A DNA stretch of 64,000 nt, taken from assembly GCF_006345805.1 (NCBI RefSeq), contig NC_043006.1, positions 71,486,001 to 71,550,000 of the forward strand. Reading direction: 5' to 3'. This DNA comes from Octopus sinensis (taxonomy: Eukaryota). Within the stretch, counting starts at the first letter, position 1. Each line of letters opens with the position of its first letter. The notes beneath the pieces were generated by a model, which did no database searches, was not told where the DNA came from, and worked only from the letters and a program-made list of their open reading frames with translations. Position numbers and translations under genes: made by a program. Positions 10,806-24,314 of this stretch are shown here, piece after piece.

Positions 10806-12679
10806 AGAACATCAAAATTAAAACTAAGACTGAATACCTAAAGCAACTTAACAAATGTCTATTTTAACAGAAATAAACTCAAGATATATAACCCTTCCCC
10901 TGGAAGATATTGTTTGAATATAAAATTGAAGTGAATGTAACAGGAAATATTACATTAAATGAAATAAAAATTATGTAAGATATTGAAAAGTTTATCCAAA
11001 CAAAATTAATTAAAGAAACACTGTAACTATATAGAATAAGGGTTAAATGAAATAGAAGAGTCCAAATCCAAAATTGACTGGCATCTTGCTCTAAGAAACA
11101 AAATTGCTTCTACTAGACTCTCCTTCATAGAAGAACATAAATCTGATTTGATTATTTTCAGTAGAGAAAACAGTCAAATTAGTATTTGTGAAATTGAAAA
11201 TTTTAATGCCCCACTGAACAAATTACATTTAGTTGCTGTTAGTACATTTTTATGAATCCAAATTCATGACCCTGACTCTACAAAGCCTCATGAAGATCAT
11301 ATGATTGGGATACGAGCATCTTAAATACACAGCAATGTCTGTGCCTATCATATACACACATACACACATGTATGTATGTGTGTATACATATATTATAACG
11401 CAATATAACTTGGAAACAACACAAGCAAATGAGGCAGATGCAGTATAGGAGGAGGTTTTTGGAGAGGTGATGGGAAGAGTAAGTGGAGAAAGAGAGGTGG
11501 AGGGGAAAATAGAAAACAAGAAAGTAGTTTCAGAAATAACAATGGATGCACCAAGCCCAAGTTGGTGGGGGTGAGATTGAGGGCGGAGGGGAGTGAATAA
11601 CAAGCATCCTCTGTAAAATGGATGAGCCACAGACAGGCCTACACAACCACCTGTTTGATGCTATCTTATGACGCACACAACCGCACAAACAGATAAAAAT
11701 GTAGACACACGCAAATACATTTTCAACAGAATCTCACTTTCAACATTAAAAGATGCCACCACCACCACCACCGTCATGACCACCATCAGCACCAAGATCA
11801 CCATCAGCAAACACAACCACCACTACCACCTACACAAATACACTTAGAAAATGAAAGAACTAAATATTGCAAGGTATTTATCTGCCACTTTACTGATTCT
11901 GATATCCATTGCTAACTCGATAATAGAAATAATTTTAAAACCAGACACATGGGCCACACACACAGGGGAGAGAGGTGGGGGTTTGGCAATTTTAATGGTT
12001 CCAGTAACAGGCTTATATTTACTTTATTGCCTCTGGCAGAAGAAAAGACAATATTGAGCTTTGTAGACTTTAAACACAGAACATAAAAGGGACCAAAGTC
12101 TACACTACAAGTCATTTCATGTAATACTTTAACAATTCTTCCATCTCTCAACCTCACAACAAAAATGGCTTCTAAAATGCGTATAATGTGGAGATGAGAG
12201 TAACCAAATTGATTGACATTCCATCTTGAAAAGTTGAAATAAAGTTGATATTGGCAAGACTTGAACTTAAAATACAAAGGGATGTAACTACAGATCACAA
12301 AGCATTTTACCCATCACCCTCCATATTTTATCAATCAACTGCACTTACATGGCATTTTTTTTACTCCCTTATCATCTAGTCAGAGAAAGAAGAGCAGCAG
12401 CCATAAAGCTATATTTTTCCAGGGCCTCCAACCATAGAACTGGCCTGAATGCCCATGACTGAAACAAGGTAGTGAACAGGTAAAAACGTAGTTTTCCAAA
12501 ATATATAGTATCTATTTGTGCATTTCTTTAACACATTATATGAATGACAGCAAACTACAGATAAATTTGAAATCTATTTTCTTTTTAAGAAAAGGAAAAC
12601 AAAATAGGAAATCAAATTAACAAGGTGATTGATTACTTTGAATAGAATACAATTTTAGTAATCTCTGCAATTATGTTGG

Positions 12680-12860
12680 TTTCAAATTTTGGCACATGGC
12701 CATCAAATTTAGGTACTTATTTTATCAACTCAAAAAGGATGAAAGGTAAGGTAAACTTCAGTGAAATTCGACCTCAGAATGTCAAAAGTCAGATGAAACG
12801 CCACTAAGAATTTTGTCTGGTGTGCTAATGGTTTTACCAGCTTACCTCCTTAATCTCTGA
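12680..12860 (-). mobile_element. Nin-type SINE (decayed)
   Basis: Reverse complement of the Nin core 'tacctttcatccttt...gataaaataagtac'. Confidence 0.65.
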
Positions 12861-12906
12861 AGTAATATTAATGAACAACTTGTGCCATATATTGTAATTT
12901 TATTCT

Positions 12907-13045
12907 TCACCATTTAGCATTTAAACTGGCCAGATCTGGCTTCTCAGACAGTGCCATTCTAAAAATAAACAATCATATCATTGAAATCTCAAAGCTATGA
13001 GATAATGCAGGATTAATTCAAAACTGTGTGAATAAATAAATGTTA
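12907..13045 (+). mobile_element. piggyBac-type MITE, partial
   Basis: 'tttagcatttaaactggccagatc...cattctaaaaataaacaatc...gtgaataaataa' matches 51640-51864; right TIR absent. Confidence 0.75.
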
Positions 13046-13710
13046 TATTCAATATGCCCTATATTACAAATTATCAGGAAATATTTTGCCATTTATCAGG
13101 GAAATCAGAGAGCTGGCCTGAATAGTTGCAAGAGAATGAGTTTTGTTGAAGTTACCCTAGGACTAGGGAGAGAAGGTGGTGTGAGTGGTGTCATGGATGA
13201 AGAGTTTCACCCAAGACCTCAGACTACAAAGATTTAGAACAAATACCACAAGTTAACTTGTCCAAAGCTCTAACAATTTCACCAACCTTCATCCCAGAAC
13301 TATGACCTTACTTTATCAAGCCTGAAAAAATGAAATGTAAAGTTGATTAGGACACTGCCTAACCCAGTCGTTGTCTCTCACTCTCCCATACTCCTTCGTA
13401 ACCTCCACCTACCCATACTCTTGGCTCTTCTGTCCATATTCACAACTGCTCACCTCATACCTTGAGAGTTCACACAGATTCTCCATCACCGTTAGTTTTC
13501 TCTCTCTCTTGCTACATCTCAACTATCCCCTACCCTCTCATCTAAAATGTAAGTAGTCATGAAGCTCTTCTACAGTAAAAAACCTTTTCTACTCTGAGCC
13601 CCATCTCCCAGCATAAAGCCACATCTCTTGGGGTTCATAGTCTTGCAAGTTGCATGGCAACCTCACAAGTAAGGGTGGAACAAAACACAAAAAAAAAAGC
13701 AACTTACACA

Positions 13711-14080
13711 TACAGCATGGCTGTGTGGTAAGAAGCTTGCTTCCCAACCACATGGTTCCAGGTTCAGTTCCACTGCATGGCACCTCGGCAAATGTCTTCA
13801 TCTATAGCCTCGAGTTGGCCAAAGCCTTGTGAGTGGAATTGGTAGACGGAAACAAAAAAGCCCATCACATGTGTGTGCGTGTGCTTGATCCCCCACCCAA
13901 TCATCACTTGACAACTGATATTGGTGTGTTTACATCTCATAACTTAATGGTTCAGCAAAAGAGACCAATAGAATAAGTACTAGGCTTACAAAGAATGAGT
14001 CCTGTAGTTGATTTGTTTGACTAAAGGCAGTGCTCCAGCATGGCTGCAGTCAAATGACTGAAACAAGTAAATAAATGAAT
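13711..14080 (+). mobile_element. tRNA-derived SINE family 1, near full length
   Basis: 'gctgtgtggtaagaagcttgcttcccaacc' through 'gactgaaacaagtaa'. Confidence 0.9.
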
Positions 14081-14139
14081 GCTGTAAAGTGGTTGGTGGT
14101 AGAAAGGGCATTCAACTGTAGAGATCATGCCAATGTAGG

Positions 14140-14204
14140 CAGCAGAGCAGAATGCTGTACTTGGACCCAGCAGAGCAGAATGCTGTACTTGGACCCAGCA
14201 GAGC
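14140..14204. repeat. 28-bp tandem duplication inside an RTE 3'-end fragment
   Basis: 'cagcagagcagaatgctgtacttggacc' x2 plus a partial third unit. Confidence 0.9.
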
Positions 14205-15259
14205 CCGCCAAACAATCCAACCTATGCCATCATTGAACAAGGATTATTAAATGATGATGAGGATAATGGTGTGTGTATGTGTGTGATGGGCCCTTAAACA
14301 GTTTCTGTCTACCAAATTCACACACACAGCTTTGGTGTGCCTGTAGAAGAGATCTGACGAAGGCACCATTGAAGGAGACGCAACACAAAACCACATGGTT
14401 GCAAAGCTTACTTCTTAACCACACTGCCATATCTGTGCCTATATACATAGCATACACACACACACACACACACACCACACACACACACGCAAAATCATAA
14501 TAAATTTTATTTTGTTACAGTTGGTATAACCAGCTAAGTTTTTGGTACAATTTTGTCCCTGATAAAGGCTGGAAAGACATAGGATCAATTTCAGCAACAG
14601 AAACTAATTACCTTGTCCAGGGAGTTTGTTTCCATGGCAACCTATCAACAAAGTACAGTAAAACACAGCACAGTATAGTATACAAACATCAGGTTCATAT
14701 TTGGGTGTGGCGGTTTCTTTTATGAGACAAAATATAGTGGGACTATTGTGGAGTCTGTGGGTGGGGTCAATGAACACTCACTAATAGTGATAACCATCTG
14801 GTCTGGTTGTGAGTGTGTGCGGAAACATCACAAATATACACAAATACAGATATATAAACACATACATCAAAGGCAGAGATACATACTTATACACAAACCC
14901 ACTCTCCAAAATATAAGCACCAACATAGAAGCATAGGATATATATACATACACACACACAAGTACACTCATCCATACACATATGTACAATTACACAGATA
15001 TACAAACACATGTATATGAATATGAACATTCAAATACACGAGTTTGCTGGCACATACACACACATACATATGTATAAACAACTAGAAATCTAAAGTGTAT
15101 GTAGCCTTCCAGTCTGTGTAAAAGTAATGTGTAATAATAACAACAACAACAATAATTTGGCCTCATTAAAGCACCATGATGGCTATAATCAACCATATCC
15201 TGCTGCTACAGTCAACAACTGGCCTCTCATGCCCCTTCACCAAATTTACACTCACAGAT

Positions 15260-15430
15260 AGGCGCAGATGTAGCCGTGTGGTTGAGAAGCTTGCTTCCCA
15301 ACCATGAGGCATTGGATTTAGCCTCATTGCATAACACCTGGGACAAGTGTCTTCTATTCTACTATAGCCCTGAGTCAACCAAAGCCTTGTGAGTGGATGC
15401 AGACAAAGTAAAAGAGGCCTGTTGTGTGTG
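15260..15430 (+). mobile_element. SINE family 1, 5' half
   Basis: 'ggcgcagatgtagccgtgtggttgagaagc...cctgggacaagtgtcttct...ccttgtgagtggat'. Confidence 0.8.
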
Positions 15431-15486
15431 TGAGCATACACACACACACAATGCCAGTATGGAAGACAGACGTTAAATGAGAGATA

Positions 15487-15630
15487 TACCGTATTTTAAT
15501 GTGTATAAGGAAACCCCTAATTTTTGGAAAAAAAGTTTTTCTAAGGGGTTATATTACTATCCTTATATAAGAAACTCCCATATTTTTAAACCTAATTTTT
15601 GACAAAAAAGGGTTCCTTATAAATGTTAAA

Positions 15631-15635
<5 letters not shown>
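15487..15635. mobile_element. Small MITE with ~30-bp imperfect TIRs (Tc1/mariner-pogo-like, TA flanks)
   Basis: Left 'taccgtattttaatgtgtataaggaaaccc' versus reverse complement of right 'atgtattttaacatttataaggaaccc'; the superfamily call is an inference. Confidence 0.65.
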
Positions 15636-15678
<43 letters not shown>

Positions 15679-16194
15679 ATGAAGCTATATGGTGTTACTC
15701 AGACACTCAACTATGAGCCCACCACATCTATAGCAGAAACAGCTGTAAGCTAAAGAAGTTCATAAGATAATTGTTTATTTCTATGTCAATTTTTTACTTT
15801 TTATATTTTATTACTGCTCTGTACTCAACTACTACATCATTCAAAAGCATACGTATATTGAGTTCTACACCAGGTTATTAGTACTGCAATGCCTAAGTGA
15901 TATATATATATATATATAAATACACACACATACACATGTGTGTTTTTGTGTACCCTTGTCTTGACATCATGTGACTGTTGTAAACGAGCATCACCATCAC
16001 ACAAGTGGTGTTGTTGGTTTCCAATCTTCAATGAAAACATATCTGGCCATGAGAAATATCACTTTGCAATTAAAGCAGGTGAGAATGGACGACAGGAAGG
16101 ACATCCAGCCATAGAAAATCTATCTCAACAAATTCCATTTGGCCCAAGCAAACATGGAGAAGTGGACATTAAATGGCGAAAATGACAAGATAAC

Positions 16195-16530
16195 TTGCAA
16201 GAAATAGCAATTCCAGTTTAACTCAAATCACACCTAACTGTCTTAAACAATAGGAAAGCATATTGAATAATGTAACCATGGGTATACTATGTCAGGAAAG
16301 AAAATGACAAGACAGTCACAACTAGGATATCTTAAGCCGAAAGTCAGCTCAATCAGGGCCTGTCTGGAGTCAAACAACTAATCAAATCACACCCATTTTA
16401 AAAAAGGACTATACACATACTATAATGTAGTTCTACATGCACCTGGAAAGACAAATGGTCTTGTGTTTCAAATGTCTGATCATAAGTGTACTTAGTGACA
16501 CTTAGCCTGGGGTTAAACAGCAACAATCAC
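16195..16530 (+). mobile_element. Unclassified repeat family 5, head-to-tail pair
   Basis: 'caaatcacacc' begins both units; the units end in 'aaacaac' and 'aaacagcaac'. Confidence 0.65.
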
Positions 16531-16726
16531 AAAGTGCTCCATGAATTCCTCCCCTTTGTCATTGTCTCAATACTCCACATCTATGATGGCTAAGTTGTTC
16601 TTATTTTTTATTTTTTTTTGTTATTTGTTTTTTTTAAGTATTGAGGGTCTGATGATCGGTGTTGGACAGGGCATATACAGGTCAAGTATAATGCAGCTTT
16701 AGATACAGATTGTCTGAATAATAATG

Positions 16727-16764
<38 letters not shown>

Positions 16765-17619
16765 CAGGATAGCCACGGATAGCAAGACTGGCTATAGGCT
16801 TGCTAGATTAGGCTGATCTGGAGGTACACAACAAGAGTAGCCAAGGTATCATCAATTGTACATCTGATGTTGTATCAAAGGTATCACCAGTTTTATGTCA
16901 AGGACTGCCTCTATAAACAGTGGCCAGCAGTGTATATTTAATTGGCATGTGTTTCATTAACATCTGGTGGTTAATTTGGGGCCATGACAGTTACATCCCT
17001 ACTGCAGAACAGATCATCCCAATTATCTTAGGTCCTGTCCTTGTTATTACCTCAATACATAATTGGACCTCATCTCACACCATTATTCAACCCAGTTCAG
17101 CCACTGGCATATTCTACTAGTTACCACCTCCATCCAACCACCCTACCCAACTAGTTATCGCTCCACATACATCTTCCTACCACCTTGCTCCTAAATACAT
17201 TCCATCAACATCTTTTGTTACCTAACACTATCTTAAGTCAAGCCACTACATGGCTATTTGACCTGCTATAAATAACAGCCAAGTCATCCTCAAATCTCAC
17301 TACCATTTTTAGAAAAGGCAAGACAATAGATAATGTAGTTCTAGATATACTGTCTCAAAAAAAAAAATAGTCATGGCTAGAGTGTCTTTGATCATAGGTT
17401 TGCCTGATAAGGATAGACCTAGAACTAAACAATTTAACATCTCTTTCAACTTAACATTACATCTTCTGTTCATCATCATGTACTTGCCCCACTTACCTAC
17501 TACCAAACCCTTAGTACTATCATTAAAATCAAAACACACACAATTTAATACCACCCTCCATGCATTATATAAGGTATGAGTCAAATAAAATATAAAAACA
17601 TGGACTACACTTTTATTTA

Positions 17620-17701
<82 letters not shown>

Positions 17702-18789
17702 CAATCTCACTTATCTATCATTTATCACAAACCATCATCTATATTCAGTAACAGCAATGAAAGCCACTATACAGTACTTGTGCCATGTCATCATATAATG
17801 CCAGCACAGTAGGTTTCTAACAAATTAGAGGATAACCCGTACCAGTTTTTTGTCTTCAATGCCTAACTTACTGTTTGATCATGATGATGAACTGACAATA
17901 TTTTTGGAAGTCATCTGCGAAATATTAGCAGCAGCTCTTGGCTAAATTTAACCAGAGAGGGACAGATCTAGATCTAATGATTACAAGTCAACCATGTCTG
18001 TGATGTTGGTGTGAATGGAATGGTACTCAGTGCAGAGTGAAGGCAATGTAGGACTAGATAGAACAAGGTTGTTCTCTCACAATAAATGTCTATACAAGCT
18101 CTCTCATCAAGGTCCTAATTATCAACTCACATCACATTCAACTACCCATGCTATGGTTGGCCAACTGAAATTATGTATAAATATAGTACAAGTGGAAACT
18201 AGTTTTTAAATGAGCTAGCAAAGGAGCTACTGCATGGCTGTTCATCCTGTTAGAAACACTAGCCAAATTTCCCTCACATAACACATAAAAAGAAATACAT
18301 TGGGTAATTTGCCATAAATATTTAATCTCTGAATAAAAGACATGATAGTCACATTTGGGAAACTTCTGAAGGCAGCTAACCTGGTGTTAAGCAACAACAA
18401 CATGGCAAGATACATTATGTAATGTGTCCAGAGAATAAATGACAAGAGGGTCACAATTCTATTGATCATGATTCTGTGAGATCAGGGTTGACACGGGGTT
18501 AAAAATCATAAGTAATTATTAATTACTCAACTTTATGACCCAATATACAATTTGCACTGCGTTTCTATGATAAAGTAGCAGTCAAGTTGAAACACTAGTC
18601 TTGACAAAATGAGGGGACAGATACTGCCACTTCAACCATACTTCACAGTTCAGTGGTTAAGTAATAATGGATAACCATTCAACTGTAAAAATACTTCAGC
18701 CAACAAGTAATGCATCCCATTTTCTATACTGATTTCTGAAAATGAATCTATAAAACAGTAAAAATGTGTGAAAACACTCACACACACAC

Positions 18790-19440
18790 AGAGGGATAAA
18801 AGATATTCAATGAATTCAAATGGCAGATGCACAATGAAGCAACAAAGCCACAGCTGGTCCCTGGCACATTACATGAGTGCAAATTACTCAATCCCAAGCA
18901 GATGTAAACAGATGTCTTAAAGCACAGCACTTAACAAATACTAGACTGGACTGCAGGATGGAGTCAATGCCTACCTAGATGACCTGCCGTGACCCTCAGT
19001 AACGAAAGGTGAGAGTTGTGAAAAGGTGATAACAGCCATGGAAATACAGGAAGCAATGGCTGGCTAGATGGGAGGGACAAATCACCTTGTTTGGAACTGT
19101 CTCCTTTTTTACTTTTATGTGTCAGAGATGTCTGGTGACCTATTTGCAGATACCTACCACTACTGGTGAGAGAATGAGAGAATCCCTAGTTCTATGAGTA
19201 AAGGAGTGGTTATGCCACTAAAAAAAGGACCCCCCAAACATGGGGCGATCACACTAATAATTTTCAGTTGAAACAGATTTCAAAATTTTGGCCAAGGTAT
19301 AATAAAAAAAAAAGGTTGTTGCCTGTTATCAATGATCTAATAGGCAATGTGCAAACATGCATCATTCCAAACAGGTCAATAAAAGTTATTAAAATAAGAT
19401 TTAGAACTACCAAAGATAAGCGTAAAAACTTCCTGGGATA
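18790..19440 (+). pseudogene. L1/Tx1-like LINE ORF2 fragment (linker and start of RT), heavily disrupted
   Basis: Manual translation across stops and frameshifts: 'AYLDDLP*PSVTKGESCEKVITAMEIQEAMAG..DKSP..RIPSSMSKGVV..DFKILAKV..KRLLPVINDLIGNVQTCIIPNRSI'. Confidence 0.75.
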
Positions 19441-20031
19441 GTACATTGAACTGAGACAACTACAAATATACAGCAACACACTCAACAAGGAACTCATTTT
19501 TAGCTGCTAATAAGACCTCTTTATAGTTTTGACACCAAAAGCAGTACTATTCAATCTGGGAATGAACATTTGTTAAAATATAGTTTTAAGCTGCTTGGGA
19601 ATGCACAAACAGAATTTGTACACAAAACAAAATGAAAATTATAAACATAAAACAAAAAATATAAAACATAAAACAATATTAAACATATAAAAACACAGAT
19701 ATTAGAAGTCTTGTTTAACAATATCTGACCTGGCAGTTGGTAAAAAAAAAAATCCATCACTGTGTTTGACAACCAGCGCAGTCTACTTACATCATGGAGT
19801 TTGTTTGAGAGTACAAAAAGAAAACTACCTCTCCTCTTACCCCCACCACCATTCTGGCCACTTTAGCAGTATTATATAGGAAAGGGGAGTCACTTTAGCT
19901 GAAAGCGACCCATCCAGGATGTTAATTACTTAGAAAAGAATAATCTATTGTTACACAGAATATCAAGAGGTAGCAATACATCTTTACAGGATACTCCCAA
20001 AACTATGAGAAAACGTCTAGCCACTAATCAC

Positions 20032-20624
20032 TAAACCCTCTCTAACATTTAAATAGGTCAAATCCGGCACAAATATTCTACCTTGTTTTATGTTCAAACC
20101 AATGAGATTCAGCCTCTCATGCATACCCTACAATGTCATTCTAAGCATAATTAATTACACCAACAAAATCTCAATGCTACAAGATAATGCATGATTAATT
20201 CAAAACAATGTGAAGAAGAGCACTCAGAGAGTGCAAATCTCCGCCAAGGCAACACCAACATCCTTTCAACGATTAGCCAGAGATGATTTTTAAAATGAGA
20301 ATATCTGAAATAAACTCAACTACTCTCACAAACGATAATACTAAAAATGAAATGAACCTGACTGTTCTCAAAAATGAAATTTAAAAAAACGGAAAAATAA
20401 TCCAGAATCCTTGTCTAGTACTGGATCGATCCCAAAATCTAATCAGTTTGTACCAGTCACAAGGCCAAACATCCCTGAAAGTTTCATCCGAATCCATCCA
20501 GCGGTTCTTGAGATATCTAGTCCACAGACAAACACGACTGAAAACAATACCTCCACCTTTGCTAAGGTAAAGGTAATAAATAAGCATTACATTTGACAGA
20601 GTAAACTGAATGCAAAAGGGTTAA
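20032..20624 (+). mobile_element. piggyBac-type MITE interrupted by a HINE
   Basis: Matches 51640-51864, broken at 'tgtgaa | aataaataagc'; right end 'tgcaaaagggTTAA'. Confidence 0.85.
20215..20577 (-). mobile_element. Helentron-associated non-autonomous element (HINE/DINE-1-like), copy 1
   Basis: Terminal stem-loop GCACTC-aga-GAGTGC (20220-20234), subterminal 'ctccgccaagg', and a degenerate palindrome 'acctccacctttgctaaggtaaaggt' at the other end; inserted at an AA/TT site. Confidence 0.75.
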
Positions 20625-21244
20625 ACTAATAATTAGGTTATTACTCCATTCACCCACCTCATCATGCTATAAACACTGCCTAGATCTCAGCAAATGTCTC
20701 TTTAGCTACTATTATGGAGACAGTATCAATCACCTCCTTCAAACTGCCATTATGAGCCAATACGCCTTCCTTATACCCATTTGCCTCACATGTCAAAGGT
20801 TGCAGTCCTTCCCTCTTATACAACCCTTCAGCAAGAATGAAGTAGTATCCTATAGAGTTTGAAGAGATACTCATCCAGCCACACTTAGTTTCAAATGATA
20901 ACTTGTTATGGGAACTGATCTGAGCATTGGTCTAGGACAGAGCTAGCTAACCTGAGATCTACTTGATACTTTCTTGGAATGGGTTTATTTAAACAAACAT
21001 TTTAAAAATTTTATCAAAAATTTAAGATTGTAATGAAAAGTAAAAAAGAAAGATACTACTGCTTTTGCAACGATAATATTTCATGTTGAATCAACAATCA
21101 GTCATTCATTATTGTAATAACAGCATGAGAAAGCAAAATGTTTTCAATTCTGTCAGTATATAAGTGGCCCACAATGTGATTCAAGTTGGCCAGGCCTGAA
21201 CTAGGACATGATGGCCTGACAACTAACTCCACACTCATCTACCA

Positions 21245-21545
21245 ACATCAAAGGGACACAATAACATCCATGTAAGTTACTACTAGTTCAAGTTCCTTCC
21301 CAAGGTATGTAAACTCATAAGGGCTGGTTTCCCAGTTTCCATGGTGTGTATATTCCCCCACCTGAACAGAACACCAGTCTGTAGCAAGACAACTCACTTT
21401 TGCCATCTGAGAGAATTTAAGCAACATGAAATGAAGTGTTTTGCTCAGGAACACAACATCACCTGCTCCAGGAATCGAAACCACAATCTTACAATCATGA
21501 ATCCAACACACTAACCACTAAGCCACATACCTCCACACACCCACA
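21245..21545 (-). mobile_element. tRNA-derived SINE, family-3-type head
   Basis: Minus strand 'gtggcttagtggttagtg...ggtttcgattcc...ttgtgttcctgagcaaaacactt'. Confidence 0.7.
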
Positions 21546-21690
21546 TAAGGGAAGCAACCTTTTGTTGTCTACCAGTGAAAGCTCCTGAACAGACCTATGT
21601 TGAACATAACTACCAACGCACTTCCAGAAGAGCAGTGACTCCAAATAAAAGCTTTCAACTGTAAAACTATACCAAACAAAAAATAAAATA

Positions 21691-22055
21691 AACAAGAGCA
21701 CTCAGAGAGCACAAACCTCCACCAAGGCAACACCAACGTCCTCTCAATGATTAGCCAGAGATTATTTTTAAAATGAGAATATCTGAAATAAACTCAACTG
21801 CTCTCACAAACGACAATACTAAAAATGAACCCAACTGCTTTCAAAAATTAAGTTAAAAAAAAAAGAAAAATAATCCAGAATCCTTGACTGATACCGGATC
21901 GATCCCAAATCTAATCAGTTCGTGCCAGTCATGAGGCCAAGCATCCCTGAAAGTTTCATCCGAATCCATTCAGCGGTTCTTGATATATGTTGTCCACAGA
22001 CAAAAAAAACATAACTGAAAACAATACCTCTGCCTTCATTAAGGCAGAAGAAATA
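21691..22055 (-). mobile_element. HINE/DINE-1-like element, copy 2
   Basis: Collinear with 20215-20577 along its length; terminal hairpin 'ctctgccttcattaaggcagaag'. Confidence 0.8.
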
Positions 22056-22269
22056 AAGGAATACGAACAACTCACGTCACAGACATCAAGCAGTTACTCT
22101 AAGAACGGATAAAAGGTGGGAAGCTTTAAGACTAAAGTCCCAGATAGCCTCTCAATTGTTGGAAACATAAAATTTGCCTTGTAACACATGTAATCCACCT
22201 TTTCAATTATTTTGTTTTTACAGGTGTATCTAAATGTTTCTGAGTTGCCCTTGTGGCAAATAACAAAAA

Positions 22270-22456
22270 GGAATCGTTAGCATGTCAGGCAAAATGCTTA
22301 GCAGCATTTCATTTGTCTGATTTCAAATTCCACCAAGGTCAACTTTACCTTTCATCCTTTAAGGTAAATAAAATAAGTACCAATTGAATACTAGGGTCAA
22401 TGTAATCGATTCACTCCTTCCCCACAAGCTTGCTGGCTTTGTGCCAAGCTTTGAAA

Positions 22457-22490
<34 letters not shown>

Positions 22491-23345
22491 GGCAACAAGC
22501 TGGCAGAATCATTAATTACCATGCTGGACAAAATGCTGAGCAGACATTTCTTCTGGTTTTATGTACCGAGTTCAAATTCTGCCATGGTTGACTTTGCCTT
22601 TCAGAGTCAATAAAATAAGTACCAGTTGTACACTGAGATCATTGCAAACACCAAGCCCACTACTTACCAAATTTCAGCCCATCTACCTATAGTAGAAAGG
22701 CTTTATTATTAAGAGTGGTAGATTAGTAGATTCATTCAGTATTTATTCTGGCCTTCTGCACTGTCCAAATTCTGATGTGGTAAACTTTCCCTTTCGTCCT
22801 TCCAGGACCAATAAGGTTCCAGTCAAGTAACAGAGTCAAATAAATGGCCATACTCCTCCCTCAAAATTTGTGGTATTATGTCCATTAGTAAGGTGGTGAG
22901 CTAGTAGAATCATTAGCCTAGCAGCATTTCACCTGTTTTTACATTCTGAGTTCAAATTCTGCCAAAGTTGACTTTACCTTTCATCCTTTCAGGGTCAATA
23001 AAATAAGTACCAACTGAACACCAGGGTCGATGTAATTGACTTACCTCCTCCCCAGAAGTTGCTGGCCTTGCGCCAAAATTTGAAATTATCATTATTATTA
23101 TTATTATCAATATTATTATTATTATTAAGGCAGCAAGCTGGCAGAATCGTTAGCACACTGGGCAAAATGCTTCGCAACATTTCGCTTGTCTTTACATTCT
23201 GAGTTCAAATTCCATCGAGGTTAACTTTGCCTTTCATCCTTTCAGGGTTAATAAATTAAGTACCAGTGAAACACTGGGGCTGATGTAATCGACTAGTCCC
23301 ACCAAATTTTAGGCCTTATGCATTTGGTAGTAAAGATTATTATTT
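22270..23345 (+). mobile_element. Head-to-tail array of about 5 Nin-type SINEs separated by (ATT)n
   Basis: Recurrent 'gagttcaaattc...actttgcctttcatcctt...aagtaccag'; heads near 22270, 22491, 22717, 22890 and 23128. Confidence 0.85.
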
Positions 23346-24274
23346 TTACTACTACTATTATAAGAAGCAAAACTCATAGCTCTTTATAGATCTTCTTAGA
23401 GTGATCCATCCTCAGATGGTACTTCAGCTAACAATGTCCATAAAGAAGAAATTAGAGCATGAAATAGGTTCTAGATGGTTCGTTCTGAAGAAAAATGTAT
23501 GTATAATCTTGATAAGTGCAGATGGGGTTACAATGCAGGGTATCAATGCAGCAATGTCAGCAGAGGGGATTAGTGTGGTGATGTTACTGTTGAGCCCCGT
23601 CTCAACCCTAATCAAACAGGACCAGGACCAAAAGCATTCCAGATGTTTTACATGAGAAACGAGGCTATCCAATAAATCCTACTTTATTTTCAAAATTTTG
23701 CTTTTATTAATATAGATTAGTATGGTATGGTACTGCTTTGGGGGACATTTGGCTGTTATTTTTGTTTGAGTAAGTGACCCTGTGAAGACTACAAGCTGTG
23801 TCACAAGGTGTGGAATTAATATAGGAATGATGGTGGTGGTGGTGATATAATAGATGACAACAATGAGGGTAGTGGGAGGAGCAACAGCAGATAGTAAGAG
23901 AAGAGTATAAGGAGAGAGTACAGAAGAGAAGTGGAAGTAGTGAGGGGGAAGAGGAAGGCAGAAAGAACAGGAAGAAGGAAAGCAGGATACAACATAAAAA
24001 GAAACTAAAAAAAGTTTCAATAATACAAAGGTCATGATTTTCAGGCCCTTACACTCATAAGGGTCCTAAGTACATGTGCACACACACACTTATAAACACA
24101 ATATAATACTAGAGTAGAGTTGAAAGAGATTTCTGCAAAATTTCTTCCTCTTCCTTCATCCAACCAATATCCTACACTGTTCCTCAGACACACACACTTC
24201 ACAATTACGCAAAGTTAACACATTACTCTTTACATACACACATACACATTTAGATAGGCATATATCATCATCAT

Positions 24275-24313
<39 letters not shown>

Positions 24314-24314
<1 letters not shown>

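Noticed and set aside
11912-12298. 128-aa minus-strand ORF in unique-looking sequence
   Set aside because: No recognisable motif in any frame and no supporting donor/acceptor pair.
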